Positions 40,215 to 51,149 of a DNA stretch of 64,000 nucleotides are shown piece after piece; position 1 is the stretch's first letter, and the number at the start of each line of letters is the position of its first letter. Source of the DNA: an uncultured Gemmatimonadaceae bacterium (GTDB lineage Bacteria > Gemmatimonadota > Gemmatimonadetes > Gemmatimonadales > Gemmatimonadaceae); assembly GCA_963843845.1 (NCBI GenBank), contig CAWJMB010000002.1, positions 1,568,001 through 1,632,000 of the forward strand. Reading direction: 5' to 3'. The position numbers and the translations under genes are program-made. The notes beneath the pieces are model-generated. The model saw only the letters and a program-made list of their open reading frames with translations. It had not been told where the DNA came from and did not search any database.

Positions 40215-41393
40215 ATGAGCAGCACCGCCGCCGAGAGCGTCCCGCACAGATTGGCGCACGCCGCCGACGAGTTCCTCGCGGCGGTCGAGCAGGCGCTGCA
40301 GCTTCCCGACCGCCCCGAGAGCTGGTGGCACCGCGCCGGCATCTCGCCGCGCGCCGAGCGGTGGCTCGAGGTCGTGTCGTCGATCGTGCTCGGACTGCTC
40401 ACGGTCGCGTGGTGCTGGACGATCGCGACCGCGCGCGGTGCCGACGGGGCCGCGAGCGAAGGCGCGCTCGTGACGCCGGCGACACGGGCGGTCACGAGCG
40501 CGCTCACGAACTCGTCGGCGCCCGCCGCGGCCTACCTGCTGGACGCGACGCTCGACGCGCTGACGCCGCTGCGCGGCGCGAGCGGGCGCGTCCGCATCGT
40601 GCAGCGCGCGCCGGGCGATTCGCTCGATGCGGCGCTCCCCGCCGGCGCGCGCATCGAGACGGCGACGACGACGGGGATCGTGCAGCTGGCGGTTCGCGTG
40701 CGCGAACTCGTGCGCCCGGTCAGCGGGTTGAACGTCGTGACGCTCACACCGCTGACGGAGCGGCGTGGCGGCAAGATCGGCCTCTACTACATCGGGAGCT
40801 GGCCGACGGAGCGCCGGGGCGCCGTGCTTCCCGCGAGGGCCCCGGCTGATCGCTACGCCCCGCCGGCGGGCCTCATCGAGGTCACGCGCGAGAATCAGGA
40901 CACGCCGCTCTCGGATCACTTGCGGCTGCGCGACTTCCTGACGCACGACCAGGCGAACGTCTGGCCGAAGTACGTCGTCGTGCAGTCGCGGATCATCGAC
41001 AAGGACGAGCTGGTGCTCGCCGACCTCGAAACGCGCGGCATTCCGTCGCACGGCATGCACGTGATGAGCGGCTTCCGCACACCGTCGTACAACGCCGGCG
41101 GCGGCGACCGGACCGGCCGCGCCGGGCTGAGTCGCCACATGTACGGCGACGCGAACGACATGTGGATCGACAACGATGGCAACGGTCGGATGGACGACCT
41201 GAACCACGACGGCCGGGTCGACATCCGCGATGCCCACGTCGTCTGCGAGGCCGTCGAGCGGGTGGAGCGTGAGCACCCCGACCTCGTCGGCGGGTGCGGC
41301 GTCTATCCGGGCAACGACGTGCACGGCCCGTTCGCACACATCGACGCGCGCGGCTATCGTGCGCGCTGGACGGGCGGCCCGAACGGAGGATGA
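40215..41393 (+). CDS. membrane-anchored peptidase M15A/YcbK-like Zn metallopeptidase
   Basis: AGGAG RBS; one TM; SGFRTPSYN, SRHMYGDAND, HIDARG. Confidence 0.78.
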   Translation: MSSTAAESVPHRLAHAADEFLAAVEQALQLPDRPESWWHRAGISPRAERWLEVVSSIVLGLLTVAWCWTIATARGADGAASEGALVTPATRAVTSALTNSSAPAAAYLLDATLDALTPLRGASGRVRIVQRAPGDSLDAALPAGARIETATTTGIVQLAVRVRELVRPVSGLNVVTLTPLTERRGGKIGLYYIGSWPTERRGAVLPARAPADRYAPPAGLIEVTRENQDTPLSDHLRLRDFLTHDQANVWPKYVVVQSRIIDKDELVLADLETRGIPSHGMHVMSGFRTPSYNAGGGDRTGRAGLSRHMYGDANDMWIDNDGNGRMDDLNHDGRVDIRDAHVVCEAVERVEREHPDLVGGCGVYPGNDVHGPFAHIDARGYRARWTGGPNGG

Positions 41394-41788
41394 GCGACAT
41401 GACGCCGACGACTGCGAGTGCGACCCCCGCCGGCGCCGAGCCGACGCCCCGCGATCACACCACCGCCGAGCATCGAGCGCGGACCGACCCGCTGTTCCAG
41501 GTGCGTACGGCCGACATCGAGCCGTACACCGGGCTCCGCTATCTCTCGAAGCTCTTTCGCCTGATCGCGATCGTGCTCCTGCTGATGCTCGTCGCCGAGG
41601 TCGTCACCGGCCTCGCTCGGCAGGGACTCGAGGCGCTGCCGACGCTGGTCGCCGAAGTCAGCCGGCTGATCGTGCTCGCCGGACTGCTCTGGGGCGTCGG
41701 CGATCTGGCCGTGCTCCTGGTCGACGTGGGCCACGACGTACGGGCAGTCCGCATCCTGCTCGGCCGGAGCGCGACGCACCCGAAGTGA
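41390..41788 (+). CDS. hypothetical membrane protein
   Basis: GGAGG RBS, ATGA overlap, two hydrophobic helices, DVGHDVRAVR. Confidence 0.7.
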   Translation: MSDMTPTTASATPAGAEPTPRDHTTAEHRARTDPLFQVRTADIEPYTGLRYLSKLFRLIAIVLLLMLVAEVVTGLARQGLEALPTLVAEVSRLIVLAGLLWGVGDLAVLLVDVGHDVRAVRILLGRSATHPK

Positions 41789-41792
41789 GGCG

Positions 41793-41840
41793 TTGACGTA
41801 GCAGCCGGATTCGTCTATCCTAGTATCCGGATAGACGAAT
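41793..41840 (+). promoter_or_regulatory. sigma70 promoter overlapped by a palindromic operator (putative SahR site)
   Basis: TTGACG (41793-98), 17-bp spacer, TATCCT (41816-21); perfect IR ATTCGTCTATCC (41809-20), N8, GGATAGACGAAT (41829-40). Confidence 0.75.
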
Positions 41841-41844
41841 TCAC

Positions 41845-42777
41845 ATGACTGCCTCGCCCGTTCTCGACCACCTCGCCGCGCTCGCCGACCCCACCCGGGG
41901 GCGGCTTCTGCTCGCGCTCGATCGACACGAGCTCGCGGTCACCGAGCTGGCGTCGGCGCTGCAGCTGCCGCAGTCGACGGTGAGCCGGCACCTGAAGACG
42001 CTCGCCGACGCCGGGTGGGTCACGGCGCGCAGCGACGGCACGAGTCGCCGTTACCGGATGGCCGGCGCGCTCGATGGGGCCGCGAAGGGGCTCTGGGCGG
42101 CGGTGCGCGATCCACTCGCGTCGCAGCCGTCGGCGGCGGTCGACGCGGCGCGCCTGCGCGTCGTGCTCGACGAGCGGCGCGCGGCGACGCGAGCGTTCTT
42201 CTCGTCCGCGGCCGCGCGCTGGGATCGCGTGCGCGCCGACCTCTTCGGCTCGCGCGTCGACCAGGCGACGTTGCTCGCGCTGCTCGATCCGAAGGTCGTC
42301 GTCGGCGACCTGGGCTGCGGCACCGGCGCGGTGAGCGACGTGCTCGCGCCGTTCGTGCGGCAGGTCATCGCCGTCGATGACAACGCCGCGATGCTCGCCG
42401 AGGCGCGCCGCCGACTCGACGGACGTACCAACGTCGAGGTACGCGACGGCGCCCTCGAGGCCCTTCCGCTCGACGACGCGTCCCTCGACGTCGCGCTCGT
42501 CGTGCTCGCGCTGCACTACGCACCCGAGCCGCAGCGCGTGCTGCACGAGACGGCGCGCGCGCTGCGCCCCGGCGGTCGGCTCGCGCTCCTCGACATGCTG
42601 CCGCACGACCGTGAGGCGTACCGCGCCGAGATGGGGCACGTGTGGCTCGGCTTCGAGGTGAGCGACATCGAGCGGTGGCTCCGCGAGGCCGGCTTCGCGT
42701 CGGCGCGCATCGTCCCGCTCGCGCACGACTCGGCCGCGAAGGGCCCGCCGCTGTTCGCCGCATCGGCCGTTCGTTAG
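41845..42777 (+). CDS. sahR: ArsR HTH-methyltransferase fusion regulator (SahR-like)
   Basis: ALADPTR, QSTVSRHLKTL; FF...WDRVR; DLGCGTG; GHVWLGF; directly upstream of ahcY. Confidence 0.85.
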   Translation: MTASPVLDHLAALADPTRGRLLLALDRHELAVTELASALQLPQSTVSRHLKTLADAGWVTARSDGTSRRYRMAGALDGAAKGLWAAVRDPLASQPSAAVDAARLRVVLDERRAATRAFFSSAAARWDRVRADLFGSRVDQATLLALLDPKVVVGDLGCGTGAVSDVLAPFVRQVIAVDDNAAMLAEARRRLDGRTNVEVRDGALEALPLDDASLDVALVVLALHYAPEPQRVLHETARALRPGGRLALLDMLPHDREAYRAEMGHVWLGFEVSDIERWLREAGFASARIVPLAHDSAAKGPPLFAASAVR

Positions 42778-42817
42778 GCAGTTCCGTTAGGCATTCCTCC
42801 TCAACCCAGAGTCTTCG

Positions 42818-44300
<1,483 letters not shown>

Positions 44301-44331
44301 GCGTCAGGCGACGTCGCGGCGATCGAGACGT

Positions 44332-44362
44332 GGCCGGCGGACACCAGGTGGGTCCGCCGGCC
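44332..44362. terminator. hairpin between convergent ahcY and aminotransferase
   Basis: 11-bp stem GGCCGGCGGAC / GTCCGCCGGCC. Confidence 0.5.
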
Positions 44363-44399
44363 GCTTCGACGCCGAACGACGGCACGCGGCCGAACGCGA

Positions 44400-45587
44400 T
44401 CAGACGCCGGCCGGCGTCCGAGCGGCGGCGGCGAGGTGCGCCAACGCCGCCACCGCCTGCGTCAGCACCTCCACGGGTCGTACGAAGGAGATCCGGAAGT
44501 AGCCTGCGCCGCCTGGACCGAACGCGAGCCCCGGTGCGACGACGACGCCTGTCTCGTCGAGCACGGCGTTCACCCATCCCCAGTCGTCGTACCCGGCCGG
44601 CACCGGCAGCCAGGCGTACATCGCGGCGTGGGGCGGGGTGACCTCCCACCCGGCCTGCGCGAGCGCGCCGTAGATCGCGTCGCGACGTCGCCCGTACTCG
44701 GCCACCACGGGCGGAACGAGCGAGACGTGGTGCGTGAACGCCGCGGCACCGGCGGCCTGCGCGACCCAGGGCACGCCATAGCCGACGTTCGAGCGGTACG
44801 CCGTGAGCGCGTCGATCAGGTCGCCGTTCCCGACCGCGAAGCCGATGCGGAGGCCGGCCATGTTGAACGTCTTCGAGCACGAGTGGAACTCGACCGCGAC
44901 GTCCATCGCGCCGTCGATCTCCAGAATGCTCGGCGCCACGTAGCCGTCGTACGTCAGCTCGCTGTAGGCGAGGTCGCTCAGCAGGAGCAATCCGTGCTCG
45001 CGCGCGAACGAGACCGCGCGCTCCAGGAAGGCGCGGTCGGCGACGGCGCCGGTCGGATTGTTCGGGTAGTTCACGACGAGCACTTTCGCACGCGCGAGGA
45101 CGTCGGACGGCACGGCGTCGAAGTCCGGGAGGAAGCTCGGCGCGGCCACCGGCATGAAGTGCACGCGCGCACCGTGGAGCAGCGGCGCGCGACCGTAGAC
45201 CGGGTAGTACACGTCAGGGACGAGCGCGACGTCGCCGGGCGCGCAGTACGCGGCGATGAGTTGCGCGATCCCCTCCTTGGATCCGCTGAGCGCGACGAGC
45301 TGTCGCGCGGGGTCGACCGTCAGGCCGAACCGCTCCGCGAGGAAGCGCTGCGTGGCGCCGAGGAACTCGGGCGTGCCGCGGAACGGCGGGTACCCGTGGC
45401 GGCTCGCGTCGGCCATCGCGCGCTGCACCGCGTCGACGACGGGCGGCGGCGTCGGCTGGTCGGGGCTCCCGATTCCGAGATCGACGAGTGATCGCCCGCG
45501 CGCGCGGGCAGCGGCCTTCAGCTCGTCGAGCTGCGCGAAGACGTACGGCGGAAGCTGGGCGAGCGACGCGATGGGGTTGGGAGGCAC
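44400..45587 (-). CDS. class I/II PLP aminotransferase (LL-DAP aminotransferase/AlaC-like)
   Basis: LPPYVF, DLGIGSPD, GSKEG, NYPNNPTG, DLAY, SCSKTFNMAGLRIG. Confidence 0.92.
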   Translation of the reverse strand: MPPNPIASLAQLPPYVFAQLDELKAAARARGRSLVDLGIGSPDQPTPPPVVDAVQRAMADASRHGYPPFRGTPEFLGATQRFLAERFGLTVDPARQLVALSGSKEGIAQLIAAYCAPGDVALVPDVYYPVYGRAPLLHGARVHFMPVAAPSFLPDFDAVPSDVLARAKVLVVNYPNNPTGAVADRAFLERAVSFAREHGLLLLSDLAYSELTYDGYVAPSILEIDGAMDVAVEFHSCSKTFNMAGLRIGFAVGNGDLIDALTAYRSNVGYGVPWVAQAAGAAAFTHHVSLVPPVVAEYGRRRDAIYGALAQAGWEVTPPHAAMYAWLPVPAGYDDWGWVNAVLDETGVVVAPGLAFGPGGAGYFRISFVRPVEVLTQAVAALAHLAAAARTPAGV

Positions 45588-45716
45588 GGAATGACGGGCG
45601 AAGGTGGCGCGAGATGCGGGCGCGGCAGCGGCGGCGACTCCAGAGTCATAACTTAGAGCTCTCTGTCGCACGTCGCTGTCGGGGACGTTCCGCACGCTCA
45701 TCTCGGAGATTCGGTG

Positions 45717-47003
45717 ATGATTCTGCACCGCCTGCTCGTTCCGCTCGTGCCGGCTGTCGGCGCCGCGGCGCTGCTGTTCGACGCGCCGCATGGTCCTTCT
45801 GCAACACACCGCCCGAAGCCGCAGTGCGCGCCAGGCAACGGGGGCATGACGCTCCCGCCCGGTTTCTGCGCGACGATCTTCGCCGACTCGACGGGGAGCG
45901 CGCGGCACCTCGCCGTCGCACCGAACGGCGACGTGCTCGTGAACCGGCGCGGGCGCGCGGCGGCCGGTGGCGTGGTCGTGCTGCGCGACACCGACGGTGA
46001 CGGCAGGGCCGACACGCGCACGAAGTTCGGCGTGCGCGGCGGGACCGGCATCGCGATCGCTCCCGGCTGGGTCTACGTCGACGAGAGCGATCGCATCGTG
46101 CGCTATCCGTGGAAGGCGGGCGCCATGGAGCCGAGTGGCGAGCCGCAGATCGTCGTGAGCGGGCTGCCGACCGGCGGGCACGACGCCCGCAACATGGTGC
46201 TCGACGGGCGCGGCAATCTGTACGTCAACGTCGGCTCGACGTCGAACTCGTGTCAGCTCGAGGAGCGGAAGGCGCAGGTGAAGGGTGCCGATCCGTGCGT
46301 GGAGCTCGAGACGCGCGCCGGCATCTGGCGGTTCCGCGCCGACGTGCAGAATCAGGCGTTCACGCCGGGCGCGCGCTACGCCACCGGCCTGCGCAACGGG
46401 ATGGGCTTCGCGATGAACCCCGCCGACGGCGCGCTGTACGCCGGCACGCACGGCCGCGACGGGCTCGCGCAGCAGTGGGGCCGCTCGAACGAGGAGGGCG
46501 CCGAGCTGCCCGCCGAGGAAGTCGTGCGCATCCAGCAGGGCACGGACGCCGGGTGGCCGTACTGTTACTACGACGGCCAGCAGAAGAAGCTCGTGCTCGC
46601 GCCGGAGTATGGCGGCGACGGGCGGGAGGTCGGCCGCTGCGCCGGGAAGGCGCAGCCGGTCGTCGCGTTCCCCGCGCACTGGGCGCCGATGTCGGCGCTG
46701 TTCTACACGGGGCGCACGTTCCCCGCGAAATATCGCAACGGAATGTTCATCGCGTTCCACGGCTCGTGGAATCGGGCCCCGCTGCCGCAGCAGGGCTATC
46801 GCGTCGCCTTCGCGCCGATGACGCGCAACGCCTTCAGCGGCGCGTACGAGACGTTCGCCGGCGACTTCAACGCGCGCGAGGTCGTGAACGGCGCACGCGC
46901 CGACTACCGCCCGGTGGGGCTAGCCCAGGCGCCGGACGGCAGCATCTACGTGTCGGACGACACGAAGGGGCGCATCTGGAAGATCGTCTACACCGGCAAC
47001 TAA
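45717..47003 (+). CDS. PQQ-dependent sugar/sorbosone dehydrogenase family beta-propeller
   Basis: LPPGF, LYVNVGS, ATGLRN, GWPYCY, FHGSWNR, RPVGLAQAPDGSIYVSDD. Confidence 0.9.
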   Translation: MILHRLLVPLVPAVGAAALLFDAPHGPSATHRPKPQCAPGNGGMTLPPGFCATIFADSTGSARHLAVAPNGDVLVNRRGRAAAGGVVVLRDTDGDGRADTRTKFGVRGGTGIAIAPGWVYVDESDRIVRYPWKAGAMEPSGEPQIVVSGLPTGGHDARNMVLDGRGNLYVNVGSTSNSCQLEERKAQVKGADPCVELETRAGIWRFRADVQNQAFTPGARYATGLRNGMGFAMNPADGALYAGTHGRDGLAQQWGRSNEEGAELPAEEVVRIQQGTDAGWPYCYYDGQQKKLVLAPEYGGDGREVGRCAGKAQPVVAFPAHWAPMSALFYTGRTFPAKYRNGMFIAFHGSWNRAPLPQQGYRVAFAPMTRNAFSGAYETFAGDFNAREVVNGARADYRPVGLAQAPDGSIYVSDDTKGRIWKIVYTGN

Positions 47004-47015
47004 ATCGGACTCAGG

Positions 47016-48143
47016 ATGTCGACACGACTTCAGCAACTCCACGCCGCCGGCCAGTCGATCTGGCTCGACTACATCGACCGCACGATGCTGTTCGACGGAG
47101 ATCTCGAGCGGCGCATCCGCGACGACGCGCTCACCGGGATGACGTCGAACCCGTCCATCTTCGAGAAAGCGCTGGCCGAGGGCACGGCCTACGACGAACA
47201 GCTCGCCGGGATCGCGGCCGGGACGAAGGCGTGGACGGTGTTCGAGGCCATCGAGACGCGCGACGTGCAGCGCGCATGCGATCTGTTCCTGCCGGTCTAC
47301 GAGGCGACCAACGGTGAGGACGGGTACGTGTCGATCGAGGTGTCGCCGGGTGTCGCGAACGACCCGCACGCGACCGCCGAGGAAGGGCGCGGGCTCTGGC
47401 GCACGGTCGCGCGACCGAATGTCATGATCAAGGTGCCGGGCACCGAGAGCGGCGCGAACGCCGTGCGCGAGCTGCTCACCGACGGCATCAACGTCAACGT
47501 GACACTGCTGTTCAGCGTCGACGCGCACCGTCGCGTGATGGAGGCGTACATCGCTGCGCTCGAGGCGCGCGCCGCCGCCGGCCAGCCGCTCGATCGTGTG
47601 GCGAGCGTCGCGAGCTTCTTCGTCAGCCGTGTGGACAGTGAGGTCGACAGGCGGCTCGACGCCGCGATGGCTTCGCTTCCCGACGATCGGAAGGCGCACG
47701 CGGCGGCGCTCAAGGGGAAGGCCGCGATCGCCAACGCCAAGCTCGCGTACAAGGCGTTCCAGGAGACGTTCTCGGGCCCCCGCTGGGCGGCGCTCGCGGC
47801 ACGCGGCGCCCGCGTGCAGCGCCCGCTGTGGGCGAGCACGAGCACGAAGAACCCCGCGTACCGCGACGTGATGTACGTCGAGCAGCTCGTCGGTCCGGAC
47901 ACGGTGAACACGATGCCGCCGGCGACGCTCGACGCGTTCCGCGACCACGGTGAGACGGCGCGCACGGTGGACGCCGACGTCGACGCCGCGGAGCGGACGA
48001 TGGCCGATCTCGCATCGTACGGCATCGACATGCGCGCCGTCACCGACAAGCTGCTCGTCGAGGGCATCGCGTCGTTCCAGAAGTCGTTCGACGGGCTGAT
48101 CGGCGGACTCGAGACGAAGTTGGCGGCACTCGCAGCCCGGTAG
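47016..48143 (+). CDS. tal: transaldolase
   Basis: GQSIWLD, TSNPSIF, VSIEVSP, IKVP, NVTLLFS, SFFVSRVD, RPLWAST. Confidence 0.95.
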   Translation: MSTRLQQLHAAGQSIWLDYIDRTMLFDGDLERRIRDDALTGMTSNPSIFEKALAEGTAYDEQLAGIAAGTKAWTVFEAIETRDVQRACDLFLPVYEATNGEDGYVSIEVSPGVANDPHATAEEGRGLWRTVARPNVMIKVPGTESGANAVRELLTDGINVNVTLLFSVDAHRRVMEAYIAALEARAAAGQPLDRVASVASFFVSRVDSEVDRRLDAAMASLPDDRKAHAAALKGKAAIANAKLAYKAFQETFSGPRWAALAARGARVQRPLWASTSTKNPAYRDVMYVEQLVGPDTVNTMPPATLDAFRDHGETARTVDADVDAAERTMADLASYGIDMRAVTDKLLVEGIASFQKSFDGLIGGLETKLAALAAR

Positions 48144-48153
48144 GCGCCCGCCC

Positions 48154-50697
48154 ATGCGCATCCGCCCGCTGCTCGCGCTCGTCGTGCTCGCCGGCACGCT
48201 CTACGCCGGCGCCCGGCCGGCCGGGCCGCTGCCGGCGCTGGGCCCGCTGCTCGACCCCGTGCATGGCCTCTGGTCCGCCACGTCGGGCGCCGCACCCACG
48301 CCGAAGGCTGGCGGCGCGGTGGTCCTCCCCGGCCTCGGCGACTCGGTCCGGGTGGTGTACGACTCGCGCGCCGTGCCGCACATCTTCGCCGCGCGCGAGG
48401 ACGACGCCTACCGCGCGCTCGGCTACGTGGTCGCCCGCGACCGGCTCTTCCAGATGTTCGTGCAGACGCTCGCGGGGAGTGGGCGTCTCACCGAGATGGG
48501 CGGCGCGCGCGTGCTGGCGCTGGACCGTGAGACGCGCCGCCTCGGGCTGCCGTGGGCTGCCGACCGCAAACTCCGCGCGGCCGACACGACGAGCGCCGCG
48601 TGGCGTCACCTCGTCGCCTATGCCGACGGCGTGAACGCCTACGTGGACGCGATGCGCCCGAGCGACGTGCCGATGGAGTTCCGCCTGCTCGGCCTCACGC
48701 CGCCACGGTGGGCACCGATCAACTCCATGCACCTGCTGAACCGGATGGGGTACACGCTCGCCGACATCGACCCGGAGCTGGATCGGGCGATGGCAGCGGC
48801 GCGCGTCGGCGTCGCGGCGGCGGAGGCGCTGTTCCCGGTCGCGGAGCCGATCGTCGAGCCGATCCAGCCGAACGGCGTCGGCGCGCCGCGCTACGATTTT
48901 CACGCGCTCCCGCCGCCGGGCGAGCCGGACCCGGACGCCTCGAGCGTCGCGCGCCTCACGAGCGCCGCGTTTCCGAGCCGGATCGCGGCGCGCTTCGATC
49001 GCGCCTTCAGCGGCGAGCCGTCGACGATGGCGAGCAACAACTGGGCGGTGGCGCCGCGCCGCACCCGGAACGGCTTCGCCCTGCTCGCGGGCGACCCGCA
49101 CCTCGAGCTCACGCTTCCGTCGATCTGGTACGAGGTCCACCTCGTCGTTCCCGGATCGCTCGACATCTACGGCGTGACGATTCCAGGGGCTCCCGGCGTC
49201 GTCATCGGCTTCAATCGCGACGTCGCGTGGACGTTCACGAACACCGGCGCCGACGTGATGGACTTCTGGGCCGAGCAGGTGGACGATCCGGCACGGCCCA
49301 CGAAGTACATGCTCGATGGTGCGTGGCGCCCGCTCGAACGGCGCGTCGAGACCTACCGCGCGGCGACCGGCGGGACGCTCGCCACCGACACGATGTACTT
49401 CACGCACCGCGGGCCGCTGCAGCGTCGCGACGGCCGGTGGGTGTCGATGCGGTGGACCGTGCTCGAGCCATCCGACGAGATCGGCGCCTTCCAGGCAGCC
49501 GCGCACACGACGACGGCGGCCGAGTGGCAGGCGACCGTCGCGGCGACCTACTGGGCGCCTGCGCAGAACATGCTCGTCGCCGACCGCCGGGGCTCGATCA
49601 CGATCCGCTCGACCGGCCACTTTCCCGTCCGCGCCGACGACGGCAGCGGGCTCACGGTTCGCGACGGTACGACTTCGGCGAGCGACTGGCGCGGCTACCT
49701 GCCCGTCGCGCAGTACCCGCAGTCGTTCGACCCGCCGCAAGGGTACCTCGCCTCGGCGAACCAGCAGCCGATCGACCCGCGCGCGACGACCGCGTACCTC
49801 GGCGGCAGCTACGATCCGTGGCGTGCGCTGCACATCAACCGCCTGCTGCGGGCGGACTCGCAGGTCACGCCCGACGCGATGCGCCGCTACCAGACCGATC
49901 CGGGGAGCGCACGCGCCGACTACTTCGTGCCGTATCTGCTGGGCGCGGCGCGACGTGCCCCGCCGGGGGTCGACGCGGCGCGCCTGAGGGAAGCCGCGCG
50001 ACTGCTCGCCCAGTGGGACCGCCGCTACACGAAGGACGACACACGCGCCGTGCTGTTCGAGCAGGCGATGCGCGAACTCACCGTCCGCACCTGGGACGAG
50101 CTCGACGATCCGGCGGGGCGGCCGCGCCGGGCCGTCGGCGCGTTCGGCGAGCCGTCGACGGCGCCGCCGCGCGCGGTCAGCGCGTCGAGCGCGGTGCTCG
50201 CCGAGCTGCTGGCCGACTCGACGAGCGTGTGGTGGGACGTTCGGGCGACGGCGGACCGGGTCGAGCGTCGAGACGACGTGCTCGCGACGAGCCTCGCGGC
50301 CGCGCTCGACAGCGTGACGCGGAAGTTCGGCGCACCCGACGCGGGGGGCTGGACGTGGGGCCGCGTTCGACACGCGCAGATCCGTCACCTGCTGCAGCTC
50401 CCCGCCCTGAGCGCGCTCGATGTCGCCGTGCAGAGCGGACCGAGTACGCTCGCGCCCTCGAGTGGCAGCGGCACGCACGGGCCGAGCTGGCGCATGGTCG
50501 TCGAGCTCGGCCCCGAGGTCCGCGCGAGCACGATCTATCCGGGCGGCCAGTCGGGGAATCCGCTCAGCGCGCGGTACCGCGATCGTGTCGCGGCCTGGGC
50601 GGCCGGCGAGCTGGAGCCCGCGCTCGTGCCGAAGTCGGCGGCCGATCTGACGGCCGCGCAGACGACCGGCAGTCTCACCCTCGTTCCGCGCCGGTAG
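48154..50697 (+). CDS. penicillin acylase family (Ntn hydrolase)
   Basis: VPHIFA, GYVVARDRLFQM, ASNNW nucleophile Ser, GDPHL, SANQ, GGQSGNP. Confidence 0.93.
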   Translation: MRIRPLLALVVLAGTLYAGARPAGPLPALGPLLDPVHGLWSATSGAAPTPKAGGAVVLPGLGDSVRVVYDSRAVPHIFAAREDDAYRALGYVVARDRLFQMFVQTLAGSGRLTEMGGARVLALDRETRRLGLPWAADRKLRAADTTSAAWRHLVAYADGVNAYVDAMRPSDVPMEFRLLGLTPPRWAPINSMHLLNRMGYTLADIDPELDRAMAAARVGVAAAEALFPVAEPIVEPIQPNGVGAPRYDFHALPPPGEPDPDASSVARLTSAAFPSRIAARFDRAFSGEPSTMASNNWAVAPRRTRNGFALLAGDPHLELTLPSIWYEVHLVVPGSLDIYGVTIPGAPGVVIGFNRDVAWTFTNTGADVMDFWAEQVDDPARPTKYMLDGAWRPLERRVETYRAATGGTLATDTMYFTHRGPLQRRDGRWVSMRWTVLEPSDEIGAFQAAAHTTTAAEWQATVAATYWAPAQNMLVADRRGSITIRSTGHFPVRADDGSGLTVRDGTTSASDWRGYLPVAQYPQSFDPPQGYLASANQQPIDPRATTAYLGGSYDPWRALHINRLLRADSQVTPDAMRRYQTDPGSARADYFVPYLLGAARRAPPGVDAARLREAARLLAQWDRRYTKDDTRAVLFEQAMRELTVRTWDELDDPAGRPRRAVGAFGEPSTAPPRAVSASSAVLAELLADSTSVWWDVRATADRVERRDDVLATSLAAALDSVTRKFGAPDAGGWTWGRVRHAQIRHLLQLPALSALDVAVQSGPSTLAPSSGSGTHGPSWRMVVELGPEVRASTIYPGGQSGNPLSARYRDRVAAWAAGELEPALVPKSAADLTAAQTTGSLTLVPRR

Positions 50698-50706
50698 GCA
50701 CCGACC

Positions 50707-51099
50707 ATGCGATTCCTCGCACTCGTCGCTCTGGCCGTCGCGTTCGCCGCGGGCACGTGGCTCGTGGCGTGGTGGGCCGTTCCGGCGCTCGCGCTCGTCT
50801 GGGGGCTCGCGGCCGGGCGGATGCGCGGACACGCGTGGCGTGCCGCCGTCGCGGCCGCGGCGGCGTGGCTCGCGCTCCTGATCGTCGACGCGGCCGGGGG
50901 GCCGCTCCTCGCCCTCGGCACGCTGTTCGGTGCGGTCGCGAACGTGCCGTCGGCGGTGTTCTTCGCGCTCACGCTCCTGTTCCCCGGCGTGCTCGCGTGG
51001 AGTGCCGCGGCGCTCGGCGGAAGCGTGTGGCCGCGGGCGACGCCCGGCCAGCCCGAGCGCCGGTACGTCCCCGCGTCGCAGGTGCTCGGCGAGCGATAG
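50707..51099 (+). CDS. hypothetical membrane protein
   Basis: Several hydrophobic segments; follows the acylase. Confidence 0.65.
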   Translation: MRFLALVALAVAFAAGTWLVAWWAVPALALVWGLAAGRMRGHAWRAAVAAAAAWLALLIVDAAGGPLLALGTLFGAVANVPSAVFFALTLLFPGVLAWSAAALGGSVWPRATPGQPERRYVPASQVLGER

Positions 51100-51149
51100 T
51101 CGGCGCTGATTACCTTGGTGCGTCCTTCATTCACAGCGCCTTCCCGAAC

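Noticed and set aside
42778..42817. SAH or SAM riboswitch upstream of ahcY
   Set aside because: Only 40 bp are available, and a protein regulator (SahR-like) is present instead.
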